64,000 nt of DNA, from assembly GCA_040285855.1 (NCBI GenBank), contig JAUFOQ010000018.1, positions 434,001 to 498,000 on the forward strand, read 5' to 3'. This document shows, in pieces, positions 29,201 to 41,857 of this stretch. A program made the translations under genes and the position numbers. Under the pieces are notes generated by a model, which saw only the letters and a list, made by a program, of their open reading frames with translations, made no database searches and was not told the DNA's origin. Source of the stretch: Eukaryota sp. GEM-RC1. Lineage: Eukaryota. Each line of letters opens with the position of its first letter. Positions within the stretch are counted from its first letter, which is position 1.

Positions 29201-30738
29201 AAATAAAACGGTTACAATTCAATAAATGTGTAGGTGTTACAGATTGCTCACATTGACATTTCAAATTATGTGGAAGGTTATCAGGCCAAATATATGACCG
29301 TAAACGCATGTTTAATGACCAAGAGTTATCATCAAGAAAAAGACCGTAAACTTGAGGGATTTGAGTAATCAGACATGAAGCAGAGCTATTAGAAACATCC
29401 ATTAAGAAATTACGTGGACCATCGGGTCTTAGCTTTGACCATCTTAAAGTTGCTGTTATACATGCTGCTGAGGTTGTTGCAGACCTCGCATACTTTTTCA
29501 ATTTGATTTGTTCACAACCACACAAATTTCCTCTTGCGTTGAACAATAGTCGATTAGTAGCTTTATCTAAACCGTAATGATGTTCGACCAATTATTTTTC
29601 CCGAACATACAATTTCATCCACTCGTGGTGTCAAGAAAGGTGATCCTTTGGGCCCTTTTTCTTTTCTGTTTGCCGTTACAAAGAATTCTTCGCAAATTCT
29701 CAAGCGAATTCCCAGGATTAAGGTTGAACTCGTATGCTGATGATACCTCTTTGATTGTCCCTTTGGAAGTCATTAAATCGAGTTTTCCTCGTTTTGTTGA
29801 ATTTTCTTCAAGTATTGGTTTGTCACTTAATTTTCAAAAATGTCTTGTCATTAGACGTTCTTCAGTTGATTTGAATTTTGGGGAATCTTCCATTCCGTTG
29901 GTCAATTATTCAGATGAATGAGTCAAGTTTTGGGCAATTATATTGGTAATGATGACAAAATTAAGGAGACTTTATCACATAAGAATAATTGTGTCTTTCA
30001 GCAGCTTAACTAAATCGATAGATCGTTGATCTAGATGTAGGCAAACAAGTTTCTTTTGCTATGCTGCAAGTTTCTTTTGGTGGTAAAATTAATCACTTTT
30101 AACGTGGTTTACCGCCCGAACTAACTCTCGAATTATCTAGTATTTTTAATTCATTGCGCACAAATTTTGTTAGTTATCTGGTTGGTAACAAAGACTCTTC
30201 ACTTCCTTCTCATTATTTCACTTCTACTTCTTTTGGTGGTATTGGTTTCCAAGAAAGATAAGTACATGCGTGATGGTGCCTTTTTGGGGTCTTAAAGAAG
30301 TTTTTGTTTGAATTTCAGAATCGTTATCCTGTGTCATGGAAAACGAACGATTCTTTACTTCACTCACCTTGTACATGGTTAATTAGTCTTCAAAATTTAA
30401 TTGATAGTCTTGACTCCAATTTGTGGTCAGATTTATTTCCTGTCAGTGTAACAGAAATTCAGCAGAGAAGCATTTCCTCTTTGCCTTTGTGTGTTCGTAA
30501 GTTACAGATAAAGTTTGTATTGTTTCACGAAAGCTTGGACTTTAAAAACCGTATTAGCTTGGCTAAGACTAAGAGTCCCGTTTTTTGTGCTTTTTTGAAT
30601 GATATTTCTTCAAGTGCTGTGTCTCCATTTGTTTCTTGTTTGCCAAGAAAATTTTGTTTTAATCTTAAGGATCATGAATGGCTTAACATGATACTTAGGT
30701 TAGGTTTATGGATTTCAGGTCTTTTGAAGCATTCTCCT

Positions 30739-30803
30739 TTTACAATTTCATAGTTTGTAGAAAGGTTACCTTATTGGGTGCCGAATAAACATCTCTCTCT
30801 CTC
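30739..30803 (+). mobile_element. 65-bp retroposed 3'-end fragment with (CT)n tail
   Basis: TSD TTCTCCT (30732-30738, 30804-30810). Ends AATAAACATCTCTCTCTCTC. Absent from the other array units at this site. Confidence 0.85.
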
Positions 30804-33800
30804 TTCTCCTGTGACTTTGTGGTCGTTCAAAGGCTTCCAATTTTCATCATTTAGTTAACTGTCATCAATTTATTCATTTTGGGTCAATTATTCTCAACAG
30901 TATCCGGGATACATGTTTGGATATGTTTAAGGCTAACGGTTTTCATGGAAAAATTGAACCTTTACTTGCTAATCTTTCTGATCAGCCAAAAGTTGATAGA
31001 AGTCGTGGTGATTTGATTGGTCCTTGGTTATCCTGTCAGGAAATTATCATGACTGTTAATCCTTGTAATTCAAGATCAATTTCCAAAAATTTTGATGATG
31101 ATTTTTCTCCTCTTGAAGTGGCTGAAAAAGAAAAAAATACAAAGTACTGTCACTTAATTAACCAATAGAATGTTGACAGATACAATTCTTTTGTGTTTCA
31201 ACCTTTTGCAATGTCGATATACGATAATATTGGACCAGCTGCACAAGGTTTTTTAACCTCCTTTGGTAAATTGTGTTCTGACTACGGTAAAGTTTTCAAT
31301 GAATATTTTTGGTTGAGTAGGTTAACTTTTGCGTTGTTTCATTCAATGCACAGATATTTTAATTCAATTTTAGGTAAGTTGTTCGGTGATGGACAGAAGG
31401 ACCATAGTTCAGATACTTTAGTTAGTGTCTGTTAGTATAGATTTATGGGACAAAACCACTAAAATAAACACAAGTACTAGAACTCAATATCATTAAAGCA
31501 ACAATCATTGCCATTAAAACTCACATCAGCTTTTTTCTTCATAAAAAACACTGAGAGCTAATAGAGCTTTTTAGTGTCTGTTAGTTATTAACTTCTGCAT
31601 TTATTTCACTGACTGATCATAAACCCCGTTTTTTATGATAATTGTAAAAGAAAAATCATCTAGGACATCTTAGATGATCTTAGATTTTGGAAAAATCGAA
31701 TTGTGCTATCTTTAAAGGTATGGTGACTTCTATCTTGGCAGACATTATGAGAATAAGGTACGTGGGAATTTCTAGATAGGCAATCTGGACTTTGAGGATT
31801 ATTAGATGTATGTAAACTGTAGTGTTGTTGTCAATAAAAACTGTTAGACAAAAAATAGTTTTGGTTGAATCGTATTGTTTTTACAATATTTAAAACAATT
31901 CCTATCATGATTTCAAAAGCTCTATTAGCTCTCAGTGAGAAAAAAGCTGATGTGAGGTGTGATTGTGGCTTTGAGTTCTAGTATTTGTGTTTATCTTAGT
32001 TTTTTTTGTTCCATAGAAGGTGAAATTTCAAGAAAAAACAACTACAGCTTTGTCCTCATAAAAAGAACTCACAGCTAATATAACTTTGGAGAGGAGATTT
32101 TTCCGAACTTACAGTATTCAATAAATAAAATCTTTTGAAACATTGAACGAAATATAGAAAAAACAAGAAGGTCCCTCCAAAAACTAATGTTAACCTTCTT
32201 GCCAAATTCACATCACAATTGATTAAAAGATGACAAAAACAGTTGAGCTTTTTTTTGACAAGTTATATTGGTAACCACACTACAGTGTACATGCATCTAA
32301 TAATCAATGTCCTCAAAGACGGTTGAACTGAAATTCAACCATAAATATAAAATATACCGAAATTTCAATAAATTTAAATACCGAATGGTTGAAATACCAA
32401 AGCATCATGTCTTTTTGAATTCAATTTAAGAATACAATCACAATAACGAAGACATTTCATATATCTTCAGCATTAACCAATAGATCATACAATGTTTTGC
32501 TACTAGCAGTATCATTACATGGATCCACAGTGGAGAAATCCAAAACAACTTCTTCACAATTTAATCATGGACTAATTAAATCGCCACGACTCTTATCACG
32601 AATGAAAGAATCAGAAAACGCGGACAATAGGGGTTCAATTTTACCATGAAATCCGTTTGATTTAAATAAAGAAAGTCATTGTTCACGAATACTGATGTGA
32701 AGGACAGAACTCATATGAATAAATTCAGGGCAATTAACAAATGTGATGAAGCCTGCTTTGAAGCACTGCAGATGCACTTAGACTGTTGAAGTAAGCCATT
32801 ACGCCAGAGCCCCAATCTCAAACGCATATTAATTACCCATTCTTGATCACTCAAATTAAAATTGAAGCGTTGATGATAGACAAAAGAAGACGCACCAGCA
32901 CTTGAAACGTCCGTTAAAAAAAGCACATTGGAAGTGAGAAAATAGAGCGTCTTGGGAATTCACTCACTGAAACACAGTTTTTATACAACTTTGTGAAAAT
33001 TGATTCAAAGAACTTAGGCACCGAACGGAACAAAGAAAACAAACGGTTATGCCAAATTGATAAGTTAAATCTCTTATTCTGAGACTTACACATAGATCCA
33101 AAATCAGTTAAAAACTTGGAAGCCATTTCACCAATACTACCGAAAATAGAAATAGCAAATGGAACAAATACAAATTTTGAATATATATACATTTTGATTG
33201 AGTTTAGCAGCATCTTTGGAATACAAATCAATTTTACGGTTTTCAGCTGTTTCTAGGTGATTAAAACCTTTTGAATTCAAGCCATTAACATAAGTTTGAG
33301 CACATGGATCTACTGTTATAACATCAAGGATAATTTGACTAGAATCAACAAAAGGACCATGTAAGTCACCTCGACGAGAATTATTAATTAAATCAAGACC
33401 CAACTTACTAAATAAAGGTTCAACTTTGGCATGAAATCCATGAGCCTTAAACATTTCAAATGTAACATCTCTTACAGCATTATGAAGAACTGAGCGAAAT
33501 TGAATAAATTTAAAATTTAAATAATTACAAGTCACTTCAAGAAGAAGATCTCGAAGAATACGATTAATTTTTCCTGTGACACAAGCTTGTAACATTGCAA
33601 AGCCACTTGTTTGCCGACATCTAAATCCAAGATTTCTTTTAATCGGAACTTTATGTAATATTATTTACTTTATTGACAAGTTTTATTGACAACAACAGTA
33701 CAGTGTACATACATCTAATAATCAATATCCTCAAAGTCCAGATTGCCTATCTGGAAATTTTCACCTATCTTATCTGCATAATGGTTGCCAAGAGATGATA

Positions 33801-36800
33801 AAGCACTAGATACAGAAGTAACCATAGCTTTAAAGATAGCAAACACAATTCGACTTTTACAATCTTCACAAAGATTTCAAGTAGTGATGTTGCAGATTCA
33901 CCTAAAGAACCGTACACTGAAAATACAAAGGGGTATAACAAGTAATTCGACTGTGAAGCCGAATTCAATAGTTTCAATTTAGCACAATATTTTTCTTTTT
34001 TAAATTTTTCATTAATCAACAGAGGGTTTTTATCATTAAGTTTCTTGTTGGAACCATTACAAACGTCGATAGACACAATATCAGCAATAATGAAAGAACC
34101 ATCGAGACCAGGAAATATGACATCACCATGGCTATTCCCAAACGATTTGTCAACATCTGTATCATCAAACAAACCAGCCAGAACTGGTTCTAAAAGGAAA
34201 CTTTTCCATAAGATTTACACATACAATATAATTGATCCCTTACCGAATCATGAACCCTACTTCTAAAAGAAATAAAACGGTTACAATTCAATAAATGTGT
34301 AGGTGTTACAGATTGCTCACATTGACATTTCAAATTATGTGGAAGGTTATCAGGCCAAATATATGACCGTAAACGCATGTTTAATGACCAAGAGTTATCA
34401 TCAAGAAAAAGACCGTAAACTTGAGGGATTTGAGTAATCAGACATGAAGCAGAGCTATTAGAAACATCCATTAAGAAATTACGTGGACCATCGGGTCTTA
34501 GCTTTGACCATCTTAAAGTTGCTGTTATACATGCTGCTGAGGTTGTTGCAGACCTCGCATACTTTTTCAATTTGATTTGTTCACAACCACACAAATTTCC
34601 TCTTGCGTTGAACAATAGTCGATTAGTAGCTTTATCTAAACCGTAATGATGTTCGACCAATTATTTTTCCCGAACATACAATTTCATCCACTCGTGGTGT
34701 CAAGAAAGGTGATCCTTTGGGCCCTTTTCTTTTCTGTTTGCCGTTACAAAGAATTCTTCGCAAATTCTCAAGCGAATTCCCAGGATTAAGGTTGAACTCG
34801 TATGCTGATGATACCTCTTTGATTGTCCCTTTGGAAGTCATTAAATCGAGTTTTCCTCGTTTTGTTGAATTTTCTTCAAGTATTGGTTTGTCACTTAATT
34901 TTCAAAAATGTCTTGTCATTAGACGTTCTTCAGTTGATTTGAATTTTGGGGAATCTTCCATTCCGTTGGTCAATTATTCAGATGAATGTGTCAAGTTTTT
35001 GGGCAATTATATTGGTAATGATGACAAAATTAAGGAGACTTTATCACATAAGAATAATTGTGTCTTTCAGCAGCTTAACTAAATCGATAGATCGTTGATC
35101 TAGATGTAGGCAAACAAGTTTCTTTTGCTATGCTGCAAGTTTCTTTTGGTGGTAAAATTAATCACTTTTAACGTGGTTTACCGCCCGAACTAACTCTCGA
35201 ATTATCTAGTAATTTTAATTCATTGCGCACAAATTTTGTTAGTTATCTGGTTGGTAACAAAGACTCTTCACTTCCTTCTCATTATTTCACTTCTACTTCT
35301 TTTGGTGGTATTGGTTTCCAAGAAAGATAAGTACATGCGTGATGGTGCCTTTTTGGGGTCTTAAAGAAGTTTTTGTTTGAATTTCAGAATCGTTATCCTG
35401 TGTCATGGAAAACGAACGATTCTTTACTTCACTCACCTTGTACATGGTTAATTAGTCTTCAAAATTTAATTGATAGTCTTGACTCCAATTTGTGGTCAGA
35501 TTTATTTCCTGTCGGGGTAACAGAAATTCAGCAGAGAAGCATTTTCTCTTTGCCTTTGTGTGTTCGTAAGTTACAGATAAAGTTTGTTTTGTTTCACGAA
35601 AGCTTGGACTTTAAAAACCGTATTAGCTTGGCTAAGACTAAGAGTCCCGTTTTTTGTGCTTTTTTGAATGATATTTCTTCAAGTGCTGTGTCTCCATTTG
35701 TTTCTTGTTTGCCAAGAAAATTTTGTTTTAATCTTAAGGATCATGAATGGCTTAACATGATACTTAGGTTAGGTTTATGGATTTCAGGTCTTTTGAAGCA
35801 TTCTCCTGTGACTTTGTGGTCGTTCAAAGGCTTCAAATTTTCATCATTTAGTTAACTGTCATTAATTTATTCATTTTGGGTCAATTATTCTCAACAGTAT
35901 CCGGGATACATGTTTGGATATGTTTAAGGCTAACGGTTTTCATGGAAAAATTGAACCTTTACTTGCTAATCTTTCTGATCAGCCAAAAGTTGATAGAAGT
36001 CGTGGTGATTTGATTGGTCCTTGGTTATCCTGTCAGGAAATTATCATGACTGTTAATCCTTGTAATTCAAGATCAATTTCCAAAAATTTTGATGATGATT
36101 TTTCTCCTCTTGAAGTGGCTGAAAAAGAAAAAAATACAAAGTACTGTCACTTAATTAACCAATAGAATGTTGACAGATACAATTCTTTTGTGTTTCAACC
36201 TTTTGCAATGTCGATATACGATAATATTGGACCAGCTGCACAAGGTTTTTTAACCTCCTTTGGTAAATTGTGTTCTGACTACGGTAAAGTTTTCAATGAA
36301 TATTTTTGGTTGAGTAGGTTAACTTTTGCGTTGTTTCATTCAATGCACAGATATTTTAATTCAATTTTAGGTAAGTTGTTCGGTGATGGACAGAAGGACC
36401 ATAGTTCAGATACTTTAGTTAGTGTCTGTTAGTATAGATTTATGGGACAAAACCACTAAAATAAACACAAGTACTAGAACTCAATATCATTAAAGCAACA
36501 ATCATTGCCATTAAAACTCACATCAGCTTTTTCTTCATAAAAAACACTGAGAGCTAATAGAGCTTTTTAGTGTCTGTTAGTTATTAACTTCTGCATTTAT
36601 TTCACTGACTGATCATAAACCCCGTTTTTTATGATAATTGTAAAAGAAAAATCATCTAGGACATCTTAGATGATCTTAGATTTTGGAAAAATCGAATTGT
36701 GCTATCTTTAAAGGTATGGTGACTTCTATCTTGGCAGACATTATGAGAATAAGGTACGTGAGAATTTCTAGATAGGCAATCTGGACTTTGAGGATTATTA

Positions 36801-37063
36801 GATGTATGTAAACTGTAGTGTTGTTGTCAATAAAACTTGTTATTTAAAAAAATGGTCACTGCAAGGTCCTACTTTATCCTCATAATGGCTGCCAAGAGAT
36901 AATAAAGCGCTAGATACCGAAGTCACCATACCTTTGAAGATAGCAAACACAATTCGACTTTTCCAAAATCTAAGATCAAAAGTACTAGATATTTTTCCTT
37001 TAATGACCAAGAGTTATCATCAAGAAGAAGACCGTAAACTTGAGGGATTTGAGTAATCAAGCC

Positions 37064-37156
37064 CACAATTAATCTCAGTGAGACTAATTTATGAATAGAC
37101 CACTTTGAAACTAGGTTATGATTTAGTCTCACTGAGACTAATTGTTGTGACTAATG
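37064..37156. mobile_element. Remnant of a Tc1/mariner-type MITE
   Basis: Palindromic TTAGTCTCACTGAGACTAA motifs; end ACTAATTGTTGTGACTAATG followed by TA. Related to 37865-38351 and to a 40-bp relic at 55053-55092. Confidence 0.55.
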
Positions 37157-37379
37157 TACATGTACTTGTCGAAAAAGAAGATTGACTTATCATTGACTTG
37201 GGTAACGCCAAATTGATAAGATTGAGACTTACACATAGATCCAAAACCACAACAACTAGAACTCAATATCATTAAAGCAACATTAATTGCCATTAAAACC
37301 CACCTCAGCTTTTACTTCATAAACGAGACTGAGAGCTAATAGAATTGATAGGCGAAAGGGAAAAGTACTGGTAAAAAGT

Positions 37380-37860
37380 TGATATTATCAAAAATCTTGA
37401 TGATTCAACAAGAGTTCATGCTTCATGGGTAAGTCAGTTCTAAATTTTTGTGGTGGGGAGTATTTCAGCAAGACAAAAGAAAAGGGACCAAGAGGATCAC
37501 TTTGTTTAACACCTGTTAGTGAACAAAAATTAGCCTATTTGTAGCACAAATCAGAGGAACTACCACAACAATTATCGAAAAACAAGATTCCAATTGTGGA
37601 AAATGGTCTTGGTAATTGAGGGAAAATAATAACTCGGTTTGAATGCGTTTTTAAAGTCACGATTAAAAACAATTTTCATCTTCGCGTTCAGATGTCAAAC
37701 CTGCAACTGTCAATTGTTTTAATTCCATATTGAAAAGAGAAAAAAATCACTGTTAAGAATCAAATCGTGTGTGAAACATTCTGTACCAAGACCCAGTATT
37801 CATTTATTTAGTGTTTCAAATGCCCACAATTTTGTAGGAATACTATTGTCATAACGTATT
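37380..37860 (-). pseudogene. Degenerate non-LTR RT relic
   Basis: Reverse strand reads GVKQSDPLGPFSF near 37480-37515 and DFKNAF near 37640-37660. Boundaries are approximate. Confidence 0.6.
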
Positions 37861-37864
37861 GCTA

Positions 37865-38351
37865 CACTCTTCACAACAATTAGTCTGAATCAGACTAATT
37901 ATGAATGTCAATTGAAACAGTACCAAACAATAATTACTCTGATTCAGACTAAATAATGGCTGGGAAAATTAGTCTGAATCAATATCCCAAACACAAACAC
38001 TATCTTGATCATAAAATCATGTTATGTCTTCATAAATGTTATGTTGTACATCAAAATCGTTGTTGGTACCTTAAATTGAGGTGTAAGACTGAAGAAATTC
38101 AGAAGAACTGGTCGGTCATCGAATTACCTCTTCAAAATTGATTAGTGACCGAATTGTCTTTCAAGCAAGTGCCAATAATGGGTGACACAGGCTGTATATG
38201 GCAATTCAACCAAAGTGTCTAGGAAGATAAGTTTAAAAAGGGATATGTAACACAATTTTACTCAAAAATATTGGACACTCCTAAAGCGGTCAAACAATAA
38301 TAAGTCTGATTCAGACTAATAAGTGATTCAGACTAATTGTTGTGAAGAGTG
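37865..38351. mobile_element. Tc1/mariner-type MITE (487 bp)
   Basis: Perfect 28-bp TIR CACTCTTCACAACAATTAGTCTGAATCA, flanked by TA on both sides. Internal AGTCTGA(A/T)TCAGACT palindromes. Confidence 0.92.
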
Positions 38352-38823
38352 TACCTGCTTTCAAACTATCGATCTGCGAAATGCAGAGTAGAACAATAAG
38401 CATACTACTCTTCCAAAAATCAGTATCTTCACAATATCTTTTGAACTGTTGGTCACGCAATATGAACATGCAGCTTTTTTACAAAAAGCCATGGGACGAA
38501 ATAGATGGAACAAAATTTCTGATTTAAAAATACAATTGGCATCTCAACTAGAACTCGTTCTGATTGATCTCAAGGTTGTTCACATTGTAACTGGCTGTTC
38601 TATTGTCAGATTGTTTCAATCATTAAGAACAGTATCGTTCAAGAGAGCTTTGCGAGCAAAATACTCACAGATCATGTTGTATCAGGTTCCACATCAAAAA
38701 CTGTCATAAAATACATGTTCGATCAATCTAACTTACAGGAATTTGAAAGAGAAGGACAATAATCATCCTTGATAGAACTGCATAGTGCAGAATTCGTATT
38801 TGTCCCCAACGTTACAAGATTGA

Positions 38824-40207
38824 ATGAATCCATCATCTGATTTCAAACGGTTGGAGGAGCAGTCCTCAATAAGGATCCTGGGAATATTTGCTGCCCTGCT
38901 ATCTCACAGCTCCATCTTCAACTCTCTCAATGGGATTTTGATTCCTGTGTTTATCGATCTTTATTTTGATGGTAACTCACGAGCTTTAGGATTCATCACT
39001 GGTATCGGCTCCATCGTCCAAATGAGTGGGGTTGTGTCATCCCTCTTGTCTGATAGAGTTGAATTCCGTACTGGTATGTTTTATTCATCCGCTAACAATA
39101 GGAAGAAGACGCCCATTCATCTTTGCTGCTACTGTTCTGTCTTGCCTGGGAATATTTTCTCTCCTTATCGTTGAATTTCTGGACTCCGCATCTCTTCTAA
39201 CCAACCGTATCTTCATTCTTGCTGGATACTACATTGCTATGTGTGGACTTTCCATTACCTCACCCATTACGACTGCGTTTCTGGTGGATCTCATTCCCGA
39301 GTCACAAAGAGGTATGGGTAGTGGAGTGGTCAGTCTTTACGCAGTCCTTGGATCTGCGGCCGGGTTTGCCTTATTTGTGCTTGATCTTACCATGACCAAA
39401 GTATTCATTATCTACATTGTGCTGACCATCGCTGCCAATACCAGTACTCTACTTAATGCCCAGGAGACTCAATACAAACGAACTGCCGATCAGGAGCTCA
39501 GCATTACTTCCATTCTCACCCATCTCAAGTTTGATCCCAAGAAACATTTCAATTTTATACGAATCTGCTTAGTTCGCTTAATTTTCTACATCGCTTTAGG
39601 AGTCCAAAGCTATATCCAGTTCTTTCTACGTGACATGATTGGAGTGACCGATGCTCCAACATCCATGGCTGTTCTTGCTCTTTGTATGTTGGGTTTTGGA
39701 ATTTTCATTTCAATTCCGGCTGGAAAACTTTGTGATAAGCATTCCAAACAGCTTTTCATGGGTATCGGAATCTCCAGCCTTGGTATTGCCGTCATTTTAA
39801 TGATGTTTGCTTCTCAATTTTGGCATATGATAATTGTTGTATGTTTCTTCAGTACTGGTCAAATTGTCTATGGCACTGCCGAAAGTGCTTTGGCATGCAG
39901 TATTTTGCCATCTCAACGACAGTCTGGTTCCTATCTTTCTATTCTCTCCTTGCTTAATATGGTTGGTTTAAGTTTGGGGTCCGTAGTGCTAGGTAATGTG
40001 CTAAGTTTCTTCCCTGATGGTGTTCCTATTAAGGATCTTCCCCAACAGTACACTCGTCAAGGATATGTTTTTACTTGGGGAGTTGCTGTATTGTTTTTGT
40101 TGTTGTCAATTGTTGTCTTATCTGGTATGAAGATTGTATCTAAACCAAAGGTTTTAGATGTTAATATTTTAGAGTCTGAAGATGATGAGATTCCTCTCGT
40201 TTTATAG
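38824..40207 (+). CDS. MFS transporter, sucrose/H+ symporter (SUC/SLC45/GPH)-like; 2 exons (38824-39073, 39102-40207)
   Basis: Many hydrophobic TM segments. Splicing gives LSDRVEFRTGRRRPF, the family loop motif. Also DLIPESQRG and GKLCDK. Confidence 0.85.
39074..39101 (+). other. 28-nt spliceosomal intron
   Basis: GTATGTTTTATTCATCCGCTAACAATAG: GTATGT donor, GCTAAC branch site, AG acceptor. Removal restores the frame and the GRRRPF motif. Confidence 0.9.
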
Positions 40208-40771
40208 TTTTCAACTTGCTTTAATTATTTGATTACATGTAAATACTCTGTGTCTATAGTGTTTTGAAACTTATCTTCTAGTTTCGTAATCTCAAAACCC
40301 TTTTTGATAGCTAAGAATAATCTAAGAATGAATTAAATCGTATATTTAGATAATCAGAAGTTTCGAACTGGTAATGGTAAAACAATATACGATGCTTTAG
40401 AGTATCATTTGGGCCAAATGATTTGGCTTTTTTAAAAAAGATATTTTAAACAATGGCCTTTTATTTTCCATAACATTAACAAAATAAAAGAAATTCTGAC
40501 ACTTTGTTGTTTTTAAATTTGCGAATGGTTAAGAAACTTCACACAACTTGGAATAAATTTTTGAAAAAACTTAGAAAAATGAACGTCTTTAGTGCTCTTG
40601 TTGACCTCAAACTGAGTAAATTCATTGCAAATGGATAACTTCTAAAAAACAAGATCACAACAAGTGTAAAAAGTGTTTCGATGAATGAATATTAAATCAC
40701 TGCTGAACATTAAACCAACAAATAAAAACGGAAAAGACATCTTTTCAAAAAAAAAAAAAGAAGATTAAGTA

Positions 40772-41702
40772 CTATTTTTTAAAAATTGACAATGATCCGT
40801 TATGTTCAATACTTACAAGACCATTCCTGTTCCTTGTGTGAGTAACTTTCTCAATAGCAGTTATGTGTTGACAAAGTTCTTGCAAATGTTTGCCATCTGA
40901 AACATTAAACAATTGAATAGTTCCACAAAGAGTCCCAATCGAAACGTGATTCGAATCAGCTGTAAAAGAAGATCCTAATACCAGAGCTCCAGATCGTATT
41001 TCAGGAGGAACCAGCCCTTGTGGAGGTACAGAGGGAAAAACGTGTTGAACATTGCCATTGAATGAGTCTACTAGCAAATGGTCAGATAGCTGGGTAGTTA
41101 GAAGAAGATATTTCCCATCTGGGGAAAATGACACGTCTTTAAGAGGACATCCTCGTGGATCAAGATTGTTGAAGTTTGAAAAAGGAACTGCTGGACTTCG
41201 TGAGTCAAAGAGGGATAAGTTCTTGCCAACAATAGAAGCGAAGACAAATCCTTGGAGATCATGTACAATTACAGGACTTGGACCAGGAGCCTTACCTGTG
41301 AAGCAAGGATCAGGGGTTTTGGGGTCGAACATTAGGTAGGTGGAATCTTGATAAGATGTGATGAATGTTTCGACAATAGGGTGTATTGACAAGCTAGTGG
41401 TGGGACTAGGAGTAGAGGGTTTATACGACCTTATAACGGTGTTGTCATAAGTTGATAACAACTTAATGTCGTTAGTTTTCGACGTAGTGTAGAGAACGCC
41501 TTCTTTATGTCGAGTGAAAGCAGCATTGCTAACACCAGTTGTATGGATAAACGAGTATTGTTGCAGGTCACCAGAAAGTAGACTGTATAAGGATACATTT
41601 CCAGAGGCAGTGACTGTTAGAAACAAATCTCCTGTTTCATGAACTGATAGAGAACGAATAAAACGATTTGAGGGAAGGATGAAAGGCAGTAACTCTGAAC
41701 AT
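40772..41702 (-). CDS. WDR82: WD40 protein, WDR82/Swd2-like (COMPASS/termination factor); one homopolymer frameshift
   Basis: IKLLSTYDNTVIRSY, SFSPDGKYLLLTT, LVDSFNG, SFTADSNHVSIG match WDR82. Start MFRVTAFH at 41702 joins IRSLSVHETGDLFLTV if one base of the A4 run at 41660-41663 is removed. Confidence 0.8.
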
Positions 41703-41734
41703 TTGAAACAATGAAACTACTACTGTGGATTTTC

Positions 41735-41857
41735 CAAGAAATGCATACTTTACACTTTCAAAGAAAGCTTCTTCATATACATCCCTTTTCTGCCGAAGCA
41801 CCACATTACGGCCTCCATTCAAGGTAACTTGAACTTCATCGGCCAATACATAGATAA
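41735..41857 (-). ncRNA. Candidate Fanzor omegaRNA scaffold
   Basis: Immediately 3' of the Fanzor stop codon. Hairpins: GGCC..TTCAAG-TTAC-CTTGAA..GGCC, TGC-TTCG-GCA (UUCG tetraloop), CTTTC-TTT-GAAAG. Boundaries are inferred. Confidence 0.6.

Larger units (their letters stand above)
2482..36837. repeat. Tandem macro-array of composite units made of scrambled non-LTR retrotransposon fragments
   Basis: Marker GTTAACCTTCTTGCCAAATT recurs at ~2491, 10237, 12323, 19459, 26585, 32189. Identical ORF fragments recur (e.g. MLQACVTGKINRILRD at 3971, 13806, 20942, 28068, 33137). Fragments on both strands encode RT (YADD, GDPLGP) and RLE (RHNxxRD-like, RGD, D..TVDP, AExxK) motifs. Confidence 0.95.

Noticed and set aside
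2482..36837. Dozens of short ORFs as independent host genes
   Set aside because: They are LINE RT/RLE fragments, chimeric junction ORFs or antisense shadows repeated with the array.
38354..38760. ORFs 38342-38527 and 38449-38709 as a gene
   Set aside because: Non-ATG starts, short, and no recognisable motif.
41637..41846. 69-aa ORF downstream of Fanzor as an accessory gene
   Set aside because: It starts at TTG; its 3' part is the true WDR82 N-terminus and its 5' part overlaps the candidate omegaRNA.
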